DNA from: Selaginella moellendorffii
Lineage: Eukaryota > Plantae > Lycopodiophyta
Direction: 5' to 3'
Length of the DNA stretch: 64,000 bases
Assembly (NCBI RefSeq): GCF_000143415.4
Contig: NW_003314262.1
Coordinates: 5,163,876 to 5,227,875, forward strand
Translations under genes and position numbers: made by a program
The notes under the pieces: model-generated
What the model was told of the DNA's origin: nothing
Databases searched by the model: none
What the model saw: only the letters and a program-made list of their open reading frames with translations
Shown here: piece by piece, positions 1 through 10,651 of the stretch
Numbering within the stretch: the stretch's first letter is position 1
Layout: each line of letters begins with the position of its first letter

Positions 1-2710
1 GAACTCAAGAGTACAATCTTGGCTTCCACATCCACTGATGTAGAGCGCATCAATTGCTAGGACCAATGCATCTCAATGCTTAACTAGAAAAATTAGATCA
101 TGCATCAGGAACTTGACAATCTACACCAAAGTGTTAAGCTTGTCACTATGAAGACTAAGCTGAACAATTTGGAGCAAGAATTGGAGAATTCAATTACCTA
201 AGGACAGGCAATAACTTTATTCTAGGAGAGTGATGAAAAGGTAAATGTTTTATCTTATGTATCATCTCAGGTAAAGTAAAAGAAGAAAACTTAGGCAAAA
301 ATTTAAGCATCCAAAGAAGAAAAACTCAATCTAAGCAACATTTATCATAAATAAGTGTGAAGCAGTTAAGAATGGTTATAAAATCAAGTAGTATATAAGT
401 AGCACTTATACATGCTGAAAAATAACCCCCACTCATTGTTGTATGCATTTGCATTGAATTGACCATTTTTTCTCCCGCATATGACTATTTGTGCAAAGTA
501 AAGTTGAAAGAGTGATATATATTTATCCTTACTCATGCCTTTGGGGTTTGAGGCTGAGTTCTCTTCTATTCTCTTTTCATTTTTCTTTTCTTCTGTACGC
601 TTTTGTCTTTGTTTGTTTATCACTATTTTGCAGGTAAGCGCAAGAATGCAAGTATATGCCAAAAAAAAAAAAAAAAGGCCTTACTTAATTGCTAGGGGGT
701 AAGAGCCAAAATTTGTATATATAGAACATCAACACAAAACTAAGTATAGTGCTTTTGTATCTCTTAGCTACTCACTCACTACTTTGTTGCAACAAATTGA
801 GCACTTATGGCATAAACCTTTTGAGCATGTCATATGGTTTTATAAGTACTTATTTGAGTTAATGGAGGATATAAAAAATTTAGACATATTTAATCTATAG
901 CACAGACAAAGTTTATAATGCATATTTACACCTCACTCTACAAAGGATATTTCCCACTAAGTAAAATCTTCATGAGGTGCATCTTTATCATTGTGGCAAA
1001 TTTCTTTAAGCCATCCCATATTCCTGCCAATCTATTCCAACCAATTGAGTGTGAACTTTAGTAAAAATTTCAATTTCTTATAGTACTTTTGTTTTATTTT
1101 TCTTTTGCAATATTGTTAGTGGAAAATAGATCCAAGACATGCTAAGGTCTTTCCTTACCAACATTGACAAAGCATCATTGCTAGAGGTACTTAGAATTGT
1201 TTTGTACATATTGATGAGGCTATTATTTCCTTTCTACAACACCTAGCAAAAGTGAGAAATCAAGCATTCTCAATGCATCAACATAAGTATCTTTTGCATT
1301 TGCATTTATTTGTCGAGTGTGTTATGGCAAACGTAGAAGTTCCCTTACACACATTGACATAGCACTTCCTTTGGCAACACTAGTCAAGAGATATATATTG
1401 GAAAAACTTTAGTTTACTATAAAACAATAGTAGATATGATAACAATTTCTTTTTATGATTGTCGAAAAGGTTTTTGTTTGATTAAAGGCTTGGGTTTATC
1501 CTTAGGGTTCTTTGTTTAGGGCTTACTCTTGGATTTGGAATATATATTACATTGTAATTGCCCCATCATTAATGCTTCCTGCCACCGGAAAATGTGTTTG
1601 ATTTGTAAAAAACTTATTCACATACAGATGTTCACATTCCATTTGTAAAGGGTTGCAAGGTTAAACAAATATTCCAAGTTAAACCAGAATCTTTTACAAT
1701 CTTTTACGTTTCTTTCCCCATGCGGGAGGCAATTGCTAGTGCAATGGCTCACCAAGCCACCTCTTCTAATTGTCTAGGGAAAAGATGAAACTCCTTGTGG
1801 GATCAATTCACTATTTGTAGTGTAGCTTACGAGCAAGGCCACAGGCAAGGCTCTTAGACTTGCAAGTTCTACAATAAATTGACATCTAGTTTGCTGAAGA
1901 GATTGATTACACATGTAGGGAGGGTTTTAGGGGAAGAGATTGAGGTTTTCTATGGTCAAGTGCCCTTGAATGTGCTTAATGAGATGCGAATGAAGTTCTT
2001 CAATAATTATCATCACTGTGAACCACCACAAAAAGATGGTCCTACTGTCTGCACTACAAATGCCCAATATATGAACATCAATAGGGAGATTTTCAAGACT
2101 CCTTTCTAGAGATCAGCTTCTGCTACCTGCCCACCGATTGTGAGTCATAGAACATCTTCATTTTTTCCAAGTAGTAATGCTCCAAGTCAACAATCCCTGG
2201 CTGTGACAATGGATCTTGCTGCTTCGAATGATAATAATGCAACAGATGCCTAGACATGGCAAGCACTATCGAGAGGACTTTCTAGCTAGCAATAATGGAG
2301 CAACATGTCAAGTCCTATGAATTCTAGTGGGGGGATGCAACTGGGCTTAGGCATGGCTGCTGGCAGACAACAAAGCCTACATAAAACATGGCAAAATCAG
2401 AGCTACATTGATGTGGATATTGTTGTTCGCAAGTTCATCTACAGAACTACACAAGCCTTCAATGTTGTGAACAGCCTGTATTGGAAAAAGATGCTTAGTG
2501 CTGTGGGGAAAGCTAGTCTACCCTACTTCTTGGTGTCTCCAAAGTATGAAGCGATCTTCGTGAAACATTTGAATGAGGAGTATGAAAGCTTGAACTTGAG
2601 GCTAGATGTTATGTGTGAAGGTTAAAAGCGATTCAGCTGCATGATTGTCACTGATAGTTGGCAATGCTCAAGGAAATGAAGCATTGTGAACATGATGGTA
2701 GTGAGCATTC

Positions 2711-3856
2711 TGTAAGCCACAAATTTTTCCTTTCCAATTTGCCAGCTTACCTCGCCTATCCGACCAACTCTGCCTTGGCTCGTGCTAAGTTCCCTCGCCA
2801 AGGTTCTCGCCTATGGTACCAGCTCCTACTTGGTTTCAGCTACTTACTGCACGAGCAACGGAGTGTTAGCCATCCATCTACAGATTCCCAAATCTCTCCC
2901 AATCCCCTTCCCTGGGTTAGACTGGACTTAAGGTTCAGCTACACTCCCCGCAGGCACAAGCAGCCAAGCACACCAAGCCTCCAAATTCCTAACACCCCTT
3001 GGTACCACAAGACTTGATCATGGGACCCTCTAAATCCCAAGCCTTGGGTGCAACACTTGCTTCGGGACGTCGGGGCAAAACACCGTGGCCTAACAGCCCG
3101 GTATGGGTACCTCTACCCCCCCTCTTCCATCCCGAAGGGAAGGCCCAATCCCCCGGAAGGGCGAGGACCAATGAGCCACAAGGTACTCAAGTGGGGCACC
3201 ACTCCACCTGAGCCGGGAGCACCGCAGTCGGTTTCCCTTTCGGGAGTGGGAGCTGCTCTTGAGCACTTCCTTGGATGGCCCCTCCGACACCAGCCAAGTC
3301 CATGCTCACTCCCACCCAAGGCCCCTCGGTCCCAGTCTCAACCTCAAGTCGGTTTGGAAGCCCAACTGGAGAGTCCCTTCAAAACTGGTTCCTGGACCTC
3401 ACTATCCCTACTATACTTTTGGAACCCCCTGCAGCCCCCCCCCCCCCCCCCCCCCTAGGAGATGCACGCTTTGGGCTTTCACCCCTTGACCCGTATTAGT
3501 ATTTAGACTTAGTCTCTGGCTCGATCTCGGACCCGATTTCGGATCCGACTTCGGATTCGGTCTCGGACTCGATTTTGGACTCGATCTCGGACCCGATCTC
3601 GGACCCAACCTTGGACTCGACCTCGGACTCGGTCTCGGACCCGATTTTGGATCTCGGACTCCGTCTCGAACTCGGACTCGAACTCGGTCCCCGAGTCGGT
3701 CTTGGACTCGATTCCGGACTCTATCTCGAACTCGGTCCTAGAGTCGGTCTTGGACTCGATCCTCGACTTGGTCCCATCCGATGAACTCTTTGTCATTTCG
3801 GTCAAGCTTTTGGGGATCTTTTAGCCTACGACATCTCGGGGAGTCGGTTCTTTACA
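2711..3856 (-). repeat. 3' LTR of outer element
   Basis: TGTAAG...TTTACA; direct repeat of 14819-15966 with roughly 2-3% mismatch by eye; contains a poly-C run and a 12-bp CTCGGACTCGAT-type tandem array. Confidence 0.95.
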
Positions 3857-3871
3857 ACTCCACCACCCATC
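3857..3871 (-). promoter_or_regulatory. Polypurine tract of outer element
   Basis: GATGGGTGGTGGAGT on the - strand, abutting the 3' LTR. Confidence 0.8.
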
Positions 3872-4641
3872 AAAGAAGTTCGATGCCCACATCGAACGTC
3901 TCGTTTTATCCTACGACTTGTTGACCATGTCTCCGGGGGCATCCCCCCACTTAGCAGTGTGCCTAAGTTAGCCTCCCCGGCCAAGAGCCCATGACAACGG
4001 AATATAGGTGTCCCTATACTCCTCACCTCACCACGCCCTAGTATGGGGTCGGGACTTGAACCCAGCCTTGCTTTACTAGGGGGTTGGGACTCGAACCCAA
4101 CCTCCGTAAAATACGTCTACGGATTCGACATCCCCGCGGGAAGTCGGGCGTAGTGCCCTACGCCTGGTCGACCTATCCAACCCATGCTAATTAGCTTACC
4201 TTTGGCGCGCCTTTGGGTCCCAACATATGCCACTTGCTCAACTTTGCAAATTGATATTTTTAATTGAATTTTGCATAAGTACATAGAGTTCTGCCTTGCA
4301 GAAATTCCTCCACTAGATCTCGAGCGTTCGCTAGGTTCTCCTCCGGTTCCCATGTTGCTTCGCAGTGTGGAAATCCTTTCCACTTCACATGGAACTCTCT
4401 CACCTTGTGTCCTTGTCGCTTGCTCTTGCGCGCATTGAGGATGGCCTCGACTTCATATTCCTCTTCCCCTTGGATAACCTCAGGCAAAGGTCTCACTTGG
4501 TCCTTGCGAAGTGGATCCTCAAAGTACGGCTTGAGTAAGTTCACGTGGAACACTGGGTGCATCTTCCCCATCTCTCGAGGAAGTCGGAGTCGGTAAGCCA
4601 CTTTACCGATTCGTGCCTCAATCTCGTAAGGCCCCGCAAAC

Positions 4642-4693
4642 CTGCTTAAGGAACTCAAGATCAATTCATTTACAGGAATACATGCATCTTTAC
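4642..4693 (-). other. Putative 52-nt spliceosomal intron in integrase (GPY/F region)
   Basis: AAG|GTAAAG...CCTTAAGCAG|GTT; removal gives KLTQRFAGPYE and joins ORFs 4690-5118 and 4260-4664 in frame. Confidence 0.75.
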
Positions 4694-5111
4694 CTTTGGG
4701 TCAACTTTCGGCTGATCCCACTTGGTAGTCTGAGGTTCTTGGTATTCAACCACACCTTCTCCCCAGCTTGGAACTCTACATCCCGACGCTTCTGGTTCGC
4801 GTATTTGGTTTGCCTTTGTTGAGCCCGTTCCAAGGAATCCCTCACTAGATTCCAAATGCTGAGTCTTTCCGCCGTGAATGCCTCCACTGCGGGCAACTCT
4901 CCATGATACTCGGCCACGCCGAGTTCCACAGGACCTTCAATAGCTCGCCCATTGATGACTTCCCATGGACTCACCCCGATACTCGAATGTGGTGAATTGT
5001 TATAACACATTTCCACAAGTCCCAAATGACTTACCCAATCGGTCTGGTCTCCCAAGACATAGCATCGCAAATAATCCTCCAGCTGCCTATTCACCCTTTC
5101 CGTTTGTCCGT

Positions 5112-5157
5112 CTGTCAAGAAGTGTTAGTGCCAACAACTTGACTTAATACCCCATAC
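5112..5157 (-). other. Putative 46-nt spliceosomal intron in integrase core
   Basis: CAG|GTATGG...CACTAAC ACTTCTTGACAG|AC; removal restores the conserved HPQTDGQTE motif and joins ORFs 5144-5698 and 4690-5118 in frame. Confidence 0.8.
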
Positions 5158-5698
5158 CTGTCTGTGGGTGATAGGCTGTGCTGAATTTCAACTTGGTGCG
5201 ATACTGTTCTAGGAGAGTCCTCCAGAACCTACTGGTGAAGATCTTATCTCGATTTGAGATGATCTCTTCTGGTCTTCCCCGCACTCGAACCACTTGCTCG
5301 AAGAACAGCTTCGCCACACCTTCCGCATCCACTTCTGTTGTGGTGGGTATGAAATGTGCCATTTTCGAAAATCGGTCCACCACCACGAATATCGCATCAA
5401 ACCCCTCGCTTAGGGGGAGTCCCGTGATGAAGTCCATCGTAAGACATTTCCACGGGCGATCTGGAATTGGGATGCTTTGCAACAAGCCCCCACTAGCCTT
5501 AGTCACGGCTTTTACCTGCTGACATGTTGGACATGTCTTTACATAGTCTTGGACGTCCTTAGCCATATCTGGCCAATGGTACTTCCTTTTGAGTAAGCCC
5601 ATCGTCTTGGGCACTCCACTGTGTCCCGCAAGAGGTCCGTCATGACACTCTTCTAAGGCCACCTTCCTTAGTTCCCCTTCTGGAACATACACCCTCAA

Positions 5699-5732
5699 CC
5701 CTAAACCCTAAACCCTAAACCCTAAACCCTAA
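5699..5732 (+). repeat. Interstitial plant telomeric repeat (CCCTAAA)4+
   Basis: Four perfect CCCTAAA units plus CCCTAA, fused to an 86-bp copy of the LTR terminus (5734-5819). Confidence 0.95.
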
Positions 5733-8700
5733 TTGTAAGCCACAAATTTTTCCTTTCCAATTTGCCAGCTTACCTCGCCTATCCGACCAACTCTGCCTTG
5801 GCTCGTGCTAAGTTCCCTCATTTGCTTGTAATAAATGAGTCCGTTGCGTTCCGCATAGCCCGTTTTCTCTTCCGTTGGCAGCTCACCTCTCTGGTGAGCT
5901 TCCCGCGCCTCTAGATTCCTCAGCAACACTTCTTGTGCTAGACCATCGTTCTCATATGCTGTCCGCACATCGTCCCAGAAGGTTGCTGTTGCGCTGGATA
6001 TTGCCAACCTCAAGCTCGCTTTTCGACTTAGCGCATCCGCCACGATGTTGCTCTTCCCAGGCTTGTACAGAATTTCGCAATCAAACTCGGCCAAGGCATT
6101 GGCCCACCGACCTTGTTTCCCTCTTAGGTCGGGCTGTGACAAGAAGTGTTTCGTTGCCACATTGTCCGTGTAAACCTTGAAGTGTCTCCCAAGGTAGTGT
6201 CGCCACTCCTTGAGCACCTTGACCATTGCAAACAATTCCTTCTCGTGGGCAGGCCACTTCTATTGAGCCTTGTCCAGCTTCTTCGAGAAGAACGCTACCG
6301 GATGGTTGTCTTGCTTCAAAACTGCGCCCAACGCAAAGTCCGAAGCATCCGTTTCTACCTCAAAGTCCTTACCAAAGTCTGGTAATGCCAATACGGGAGC
6401 CTTCCTCAACTTCCCTTTGAGGTGGACGAATGCCGCCTCGCATTCCGCTGTCCACACCATCTTCCCTTTTCCTGTTTGGTCCGTTAAGGGCAGGGCTACT
6501 CTCGAATAGTGTCTGATAAACTTTCGATAGTAGTTGCATAGCCCCAGGAATGCCCTCAACTCGTGTACATTGGATGGTCGCTCCCATTCCTGGATCGCTT
6601 GGACCTTCTCCGGGTCCACCTTGAGCCCGTCCTAGCCCACCACATGCCCGAGAAACTTTACCTCTTGTTGAGCAAAGTCACATTTGCTCTCTTTAGCATA
6701 CAGCTTGTGTTCCCTTAGTTTCTCAAACACCTTCGCCAAGTGTTCGGCATGCTCCTCTAGCGTCTCGCTATAGATCAGGATGTCGTCGATATAGACGACC
6801 ACGAAGTGATCCAGATAGGGTACAAAGACATGGTTCATTAGCGCCGAAAACGTTGCCGGTGCATTACATAGCCCGAAGGGCATCACCAGAAACTCAAAGC
6901 TCCCATACCTCGTTCGACAGGTTGTCTTCTCGACATCTTCCTCGGCTACCCTGATCTGGTAGTATCCTGACCTTAGGTCAATCCTCGAGAAGTATTTTGC
7001 CTTTCCCAACCTATCGAACAGGTCCTCAATCCTTGGCAAAGGGTACTTGTTCTTCTTTGTATACTTGTTGAGCAAGCGGTAGTCTATGCACATGCACATA
7101 GATCCATCTTTCTTTTTCACAAATAACACCGGCGCCCCATACGGCGACTTGCTCAACCTAACATACCCTTTATCCACCAACTCCTCTAGTTGGCACTTGA
7201 GCTCCTTGAGTTCTTTTTCGTTCAAACAATAAGGGGGACGAACCACTACCTCAGCACCCTCGACCAGCTCAATCTTATGTTCTATCGGTCGTGCTGGGGG
7301 TAGCCCCGCTGGTAGCTCCTCCGGCATGGTATCCTGGAATTGGTCCAACACCCGTTAGATCACTAAAGGTACTTCTTCCATTCCTGTCTTTTTGTCACTC
7401 TTCACCGAGAGTAAGCACAAAAAGGCCACCTTAGTTCCTTTAGTGAGTTGTCCTCTCGTGGACACCAGGTTTAAGCAGGAATCTTTGGCCTTGCTTTGCC
7501 CTACCTTTAGATCTTGGGCCTCCACCCTAGATCTTCTTCCTTGGGCATTCGCCAGTACCACAAGGTTTCTACCTTGTCCATGTAGGGCTACCACGAATCG
7601 ATTGAACCAGTCCATTCCGAAGATCACGTCAAATCCCGCCATGTCCAACACGGTGAAGTCCATGTCCACCTTCCAAGTCCCCACTTCGACTCTCGCTTGT
7701 CGAAGTACCTCATCGGTGCTTTGGCTACCTTGAACAAACTCTATAGTCCTTGGTTCGCCTAGCCGCTGCACCGTTAGTCCAGCTTGCCGGACTATGTCTG
7801 CAGCCACAAAATTATCCGAAGCACCCGTGTCAATAAGGATTTTAACAAAGCTACCTCCGAGCTTCCCTCGGAGGGCTAGTAGGTGTCGCGAACGACTCTC
7901 TACCAAAGTTGCTCGTGTAATGAGTAACTTTGAGTTAGGGACTGGATCACATACCTCTGTTTGGACTTCACCCGACTTGATGGCCATATTGGCTCTGGCC
8001 TTCTTCGGGTAGGGACATTCCCTCGAGAAGTGTCCTGCTTCACCGCAGTTGTAGCATACGTTGTTTCCCACGCTGCTATATGACTTGACCTTCTTATCCG
8101 TGGGTTTGTCTCTTTTCGCCTGACTCCCCCACGTACTCGCTCGCTGGCCACCGGATCTGCCTTTCCGGAACCCCGAGGACTCATTCTGAGAGAAACTCTT
8201 CTTGAATTTCCCTCTGCTAAACGTTCCCCTTGGTTTGACCCCTTTGCTAAACGTGGATCCCGACCCCGTCGTGTTCCCCTTTCGCAGGTTATCGTTGAAA
8301 TGCACCTTGATGGCCGCATCCAACGCTTCTTTGTAGTTGGTCGGGTTCCACCGCATTACTTCGCCGCGAGCCCAGGTTTGCAAACCTGATATGAAGGCAT
8401 GGAACGCATCCATATCCCCCATGTCCGTGATAAGTATCCTCTTTGCCATAAACCCATTCACATACTCCTGAATGGTTCCGGTCTGCTTCAGCCTACTCAG
8501 CTCGTCCCTTAGATGCAGAGTAGCATTCGGAGGAACGTAAGTTGCGCGGATCCTCGCCTTCATCATTTCCCAAGTGGCCACCGGTCCTTCGTTGGCCTCT
8601 GTCGTTCTCCACCAAGACTTGGCATTATCTACCAAGTATGGTTTTGCACATGGGACCTTCTCCGAGCTTGGTAATCGCAACGCTCGGAAGTAGTCCTCCA

Positions 8701-9195
8701 TATCGTAAAACCAATCCTCCACCACCTTATAGTCGTTCACTCCCTTGAATACCGGTGGGGGCTTTGGTTTGTACTTGGGAACTGCCTGAGGGACTGATTC
8801 CACTTCGGTCTGTTCGACCTTGTCTAGTTTTGCCTCAGTCTCTGCCGAAGGGTCCGCACCTTCTGCGCTGCCAGCATCCGCAGTCTTTCGCTTTTTCTTC
8901 CGCTTCTCATCACGCTTTAGCTTGCGTATGAGAGTCTCTAGCAGGGCATTGGTCTGTGCCAATTGTCTTTCTAGAACATCCAATCGAGCCTTGGACGACC
9001 GAACCTCACCACCAGACTCCTGTTTGGAAGTTGCCTCACTGGAGTCCTCCTCATGCAAGGATTCCTCATCCATCGCCTCCTGTTCGACCGGAGGCTCCAG
9101 CTCTAGAGGAGGTTCCATCTCTGCCTGGGTTCGCTTACGTCCTGCCCTTGCCATCTCCCAGCAATCCGCCTCTATCCTTCGCTAGAACTGAGGAA

Positions 9196-9582
9196 TGTCA
9201 GGAATCCCCTAATTCTTGCCACATTCCTGACTCTCGCCGGATTCCTGACCTGCAGACCACATTCCTGACTCTCGAGACACTTCTCTATTCCTGACTCTCG
9301 AGACACTTCCCTATTCCTGACTCTCGAGACACTTCCCGATTCCTGAGTCTCGAGCCACATTCCTGATGATGATGTGGCGCCTCCTCGACCTCAGCTGTAT
9401 TTAGGCTGTCCTCGATCCAAGAGTGGTGGAGCTTCATCAACCTATAGTATATATAGGTTAGCCTTGTTCCATTTCTCCACAATCTGAATCAACACCAGTC
9501 TAAGGCCTCTTCTTTGTTTTCACTAGCTTTTTCTCTTTGTCTTTAGCATTTTCCAGTCTTGATCTTGTTGGGGGTCTTGACA
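9196..9582 (+). repeat. 5' LTR of inner element
   Basis: TGTCAGG...TTGACA; internal ~22-bp TTCCTGACTCTCGAGACAC repeats; TATATATA at 9448-9455. Confidence 0.95.
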
Positions 9583-9679
9583 GTTTGATTCAGATTGTGT
9601 TTTTTGCTTTTCTTTTAGCTTGTTTTGATTATTTGATTGCCTTTGTCTTTTCCCCCCTTTCTTTTCTTTCTTCTTGCCA

Positions 9680-10651
9680 ATGGAGTCTCCAAGCCATCCT
9701 GATTTCTTTGCCGAAGTCCTTGCAAAAATCCAGTCTGAGAATACCGAGCTGAAGGCGACCCTTCTTCGCATGCAGCAGGAGCTTGCTTCACTTTCGGCTC
9801 AAGGATCCAGCAAAGTTCCTGAACCGAAGGTGAGTTTCCCGGCGAAATTTTCAGGCAAGCGTTCGGAGCTTCGTGGATTTTTGAATCAAATGGAGCTGAT
9901 CTTTGCACTTCAACATCGGCGGTACCCCACTCCCGAGTCTCAAATCGGCGCGATTGGGACGTTGCTCGAGGGTGCAGCTTTGTCATGGTTTTCTCCTCTT
10001 CTGGAGAAGAGCATGAAAGGGGTCGTGGTTCCGGAGCTGATGGATCTTCAATTGTTCAAAGAGAAGCTCGAAGCATGTTTTGGCGAGACGGATCGGGTTT
10101 GGGCTGCTACCACAAAGATGAGACGTCTCTCTCAGGGGTCTCGTCCTGCCTCGATCTACGCTGCAGAGTTCCAACTCCTTGCCTTGGACACTCAGTGGGA
10201 TGAGCGGGCCCTGATTGACCAATTTCGTTTCGGCCTCAACAACGGTGTCAAGGATTTGTTGCTCACCATGGAGGATCCCAAGGACCTGTCGGACGCCATC
10301 AACAAAGCTGTTCGATGTGACAATTGTCTCTTTGAACGTCGTCAGGAAAGTCGCCGCGCCGCTGTTTTTCCGTCCCAGACTCAGGAATCCCAGCTTGAGT
10401 CTTCGGGGCATAGTCCTGAACCTACTGCTCCGGTCCCGATGGATATTTCTGGTACTCCCCGACTCATTAGAGGGAAGTTGAGTCCTGCTGAGAGGCAACG
10501 TCGAATATCTCATAATCTTTGCCTCTACTGTGCTGATCCTAATCACAAAGCAGCTGTGTGTCCCAGGAAGCCTCCCCGATTGCTCGAGTTCACTCTGCCT
10601 CAAAGTCCACCATTGTTGCAGTCGGGAAACGACCCTGTCCAAACAGAGTAG
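9680..10651 (+). CDS. gag: Gag of inner element (PEG10/Sushi-like capsid plus CCHC knuckle)
   Basis: Intact ORF with PAKFSG, LSQG..ASIYAAEF, PVPMDI and CLYCADPNHKAAVC. Confidence 0.92.
   Translation: MESPSHPDFFAEVLAKIQSENTELKATLLRMQQELASLSAQGSSKVPEPKVSFPAKFSGKRSELRGFLNQMELIFALQHRRYPTPESQIGAIGTLLEGAALSWFSPLLEKSMKGVVVPELMDLQLFKEKLEACFGETDRVWAATTKMRRLSQGSRPASIYAAEFQLLALDTQWDERALIDQFRFGLNNGVKDLLLTMEDPKDLSDAINKAVRCDNCLFERRQESRRAAVFPSQTQESQLESSGHSPEPTAPVPMDISGTPRLIRGKLSPAERQRRISHNLCLYCADPNHKAAVCPRKPPRLLEFTLPQSPPLLQSGNDPVQTE

Larger units (their letters stand above)
4260..9154 (-). pseudogene. Outer element single-frame gag-pol (Gag, CCHC knuckle, protease, RT, RNase H, integrase, chromodomain)
   Basis: CYNCGEAGHFSREC, LIDTGA, YIDD, ETDASD, HHCC zinc finger, MDF, HPQT/DGQTE, YEVEAIL..VKWKG..TWEP. 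Three in-frame stops (7355, 6632, 6260, consistent with C>T), a 123-bp insertion and two intron-like interruptions. Confidence 0.95.

Noticed and set aside
2658-3805. Numerous ORFs within the outer LTR (and their twins at 14772-15915)
   Set aside because: They arise from GC-rich LTR sequence and the 12-bp tandem array; low-complexity translations with no domain.
4044-4102. tRNA gene or SINE
   Set aside because: Only T-arm-like hairpins; no D or anticodon arms, A-box or tail seen.
5699-5732. True chromosome end or telo-box promoter
   Set aside because: It is internal to pol, which continues in frame on both sides.
9220-9360. CRISPR-like array of ~22-bp repeats
   Set aside because: Head-to-tail repeats without unique spacers, inside a eukaryotic LTR.
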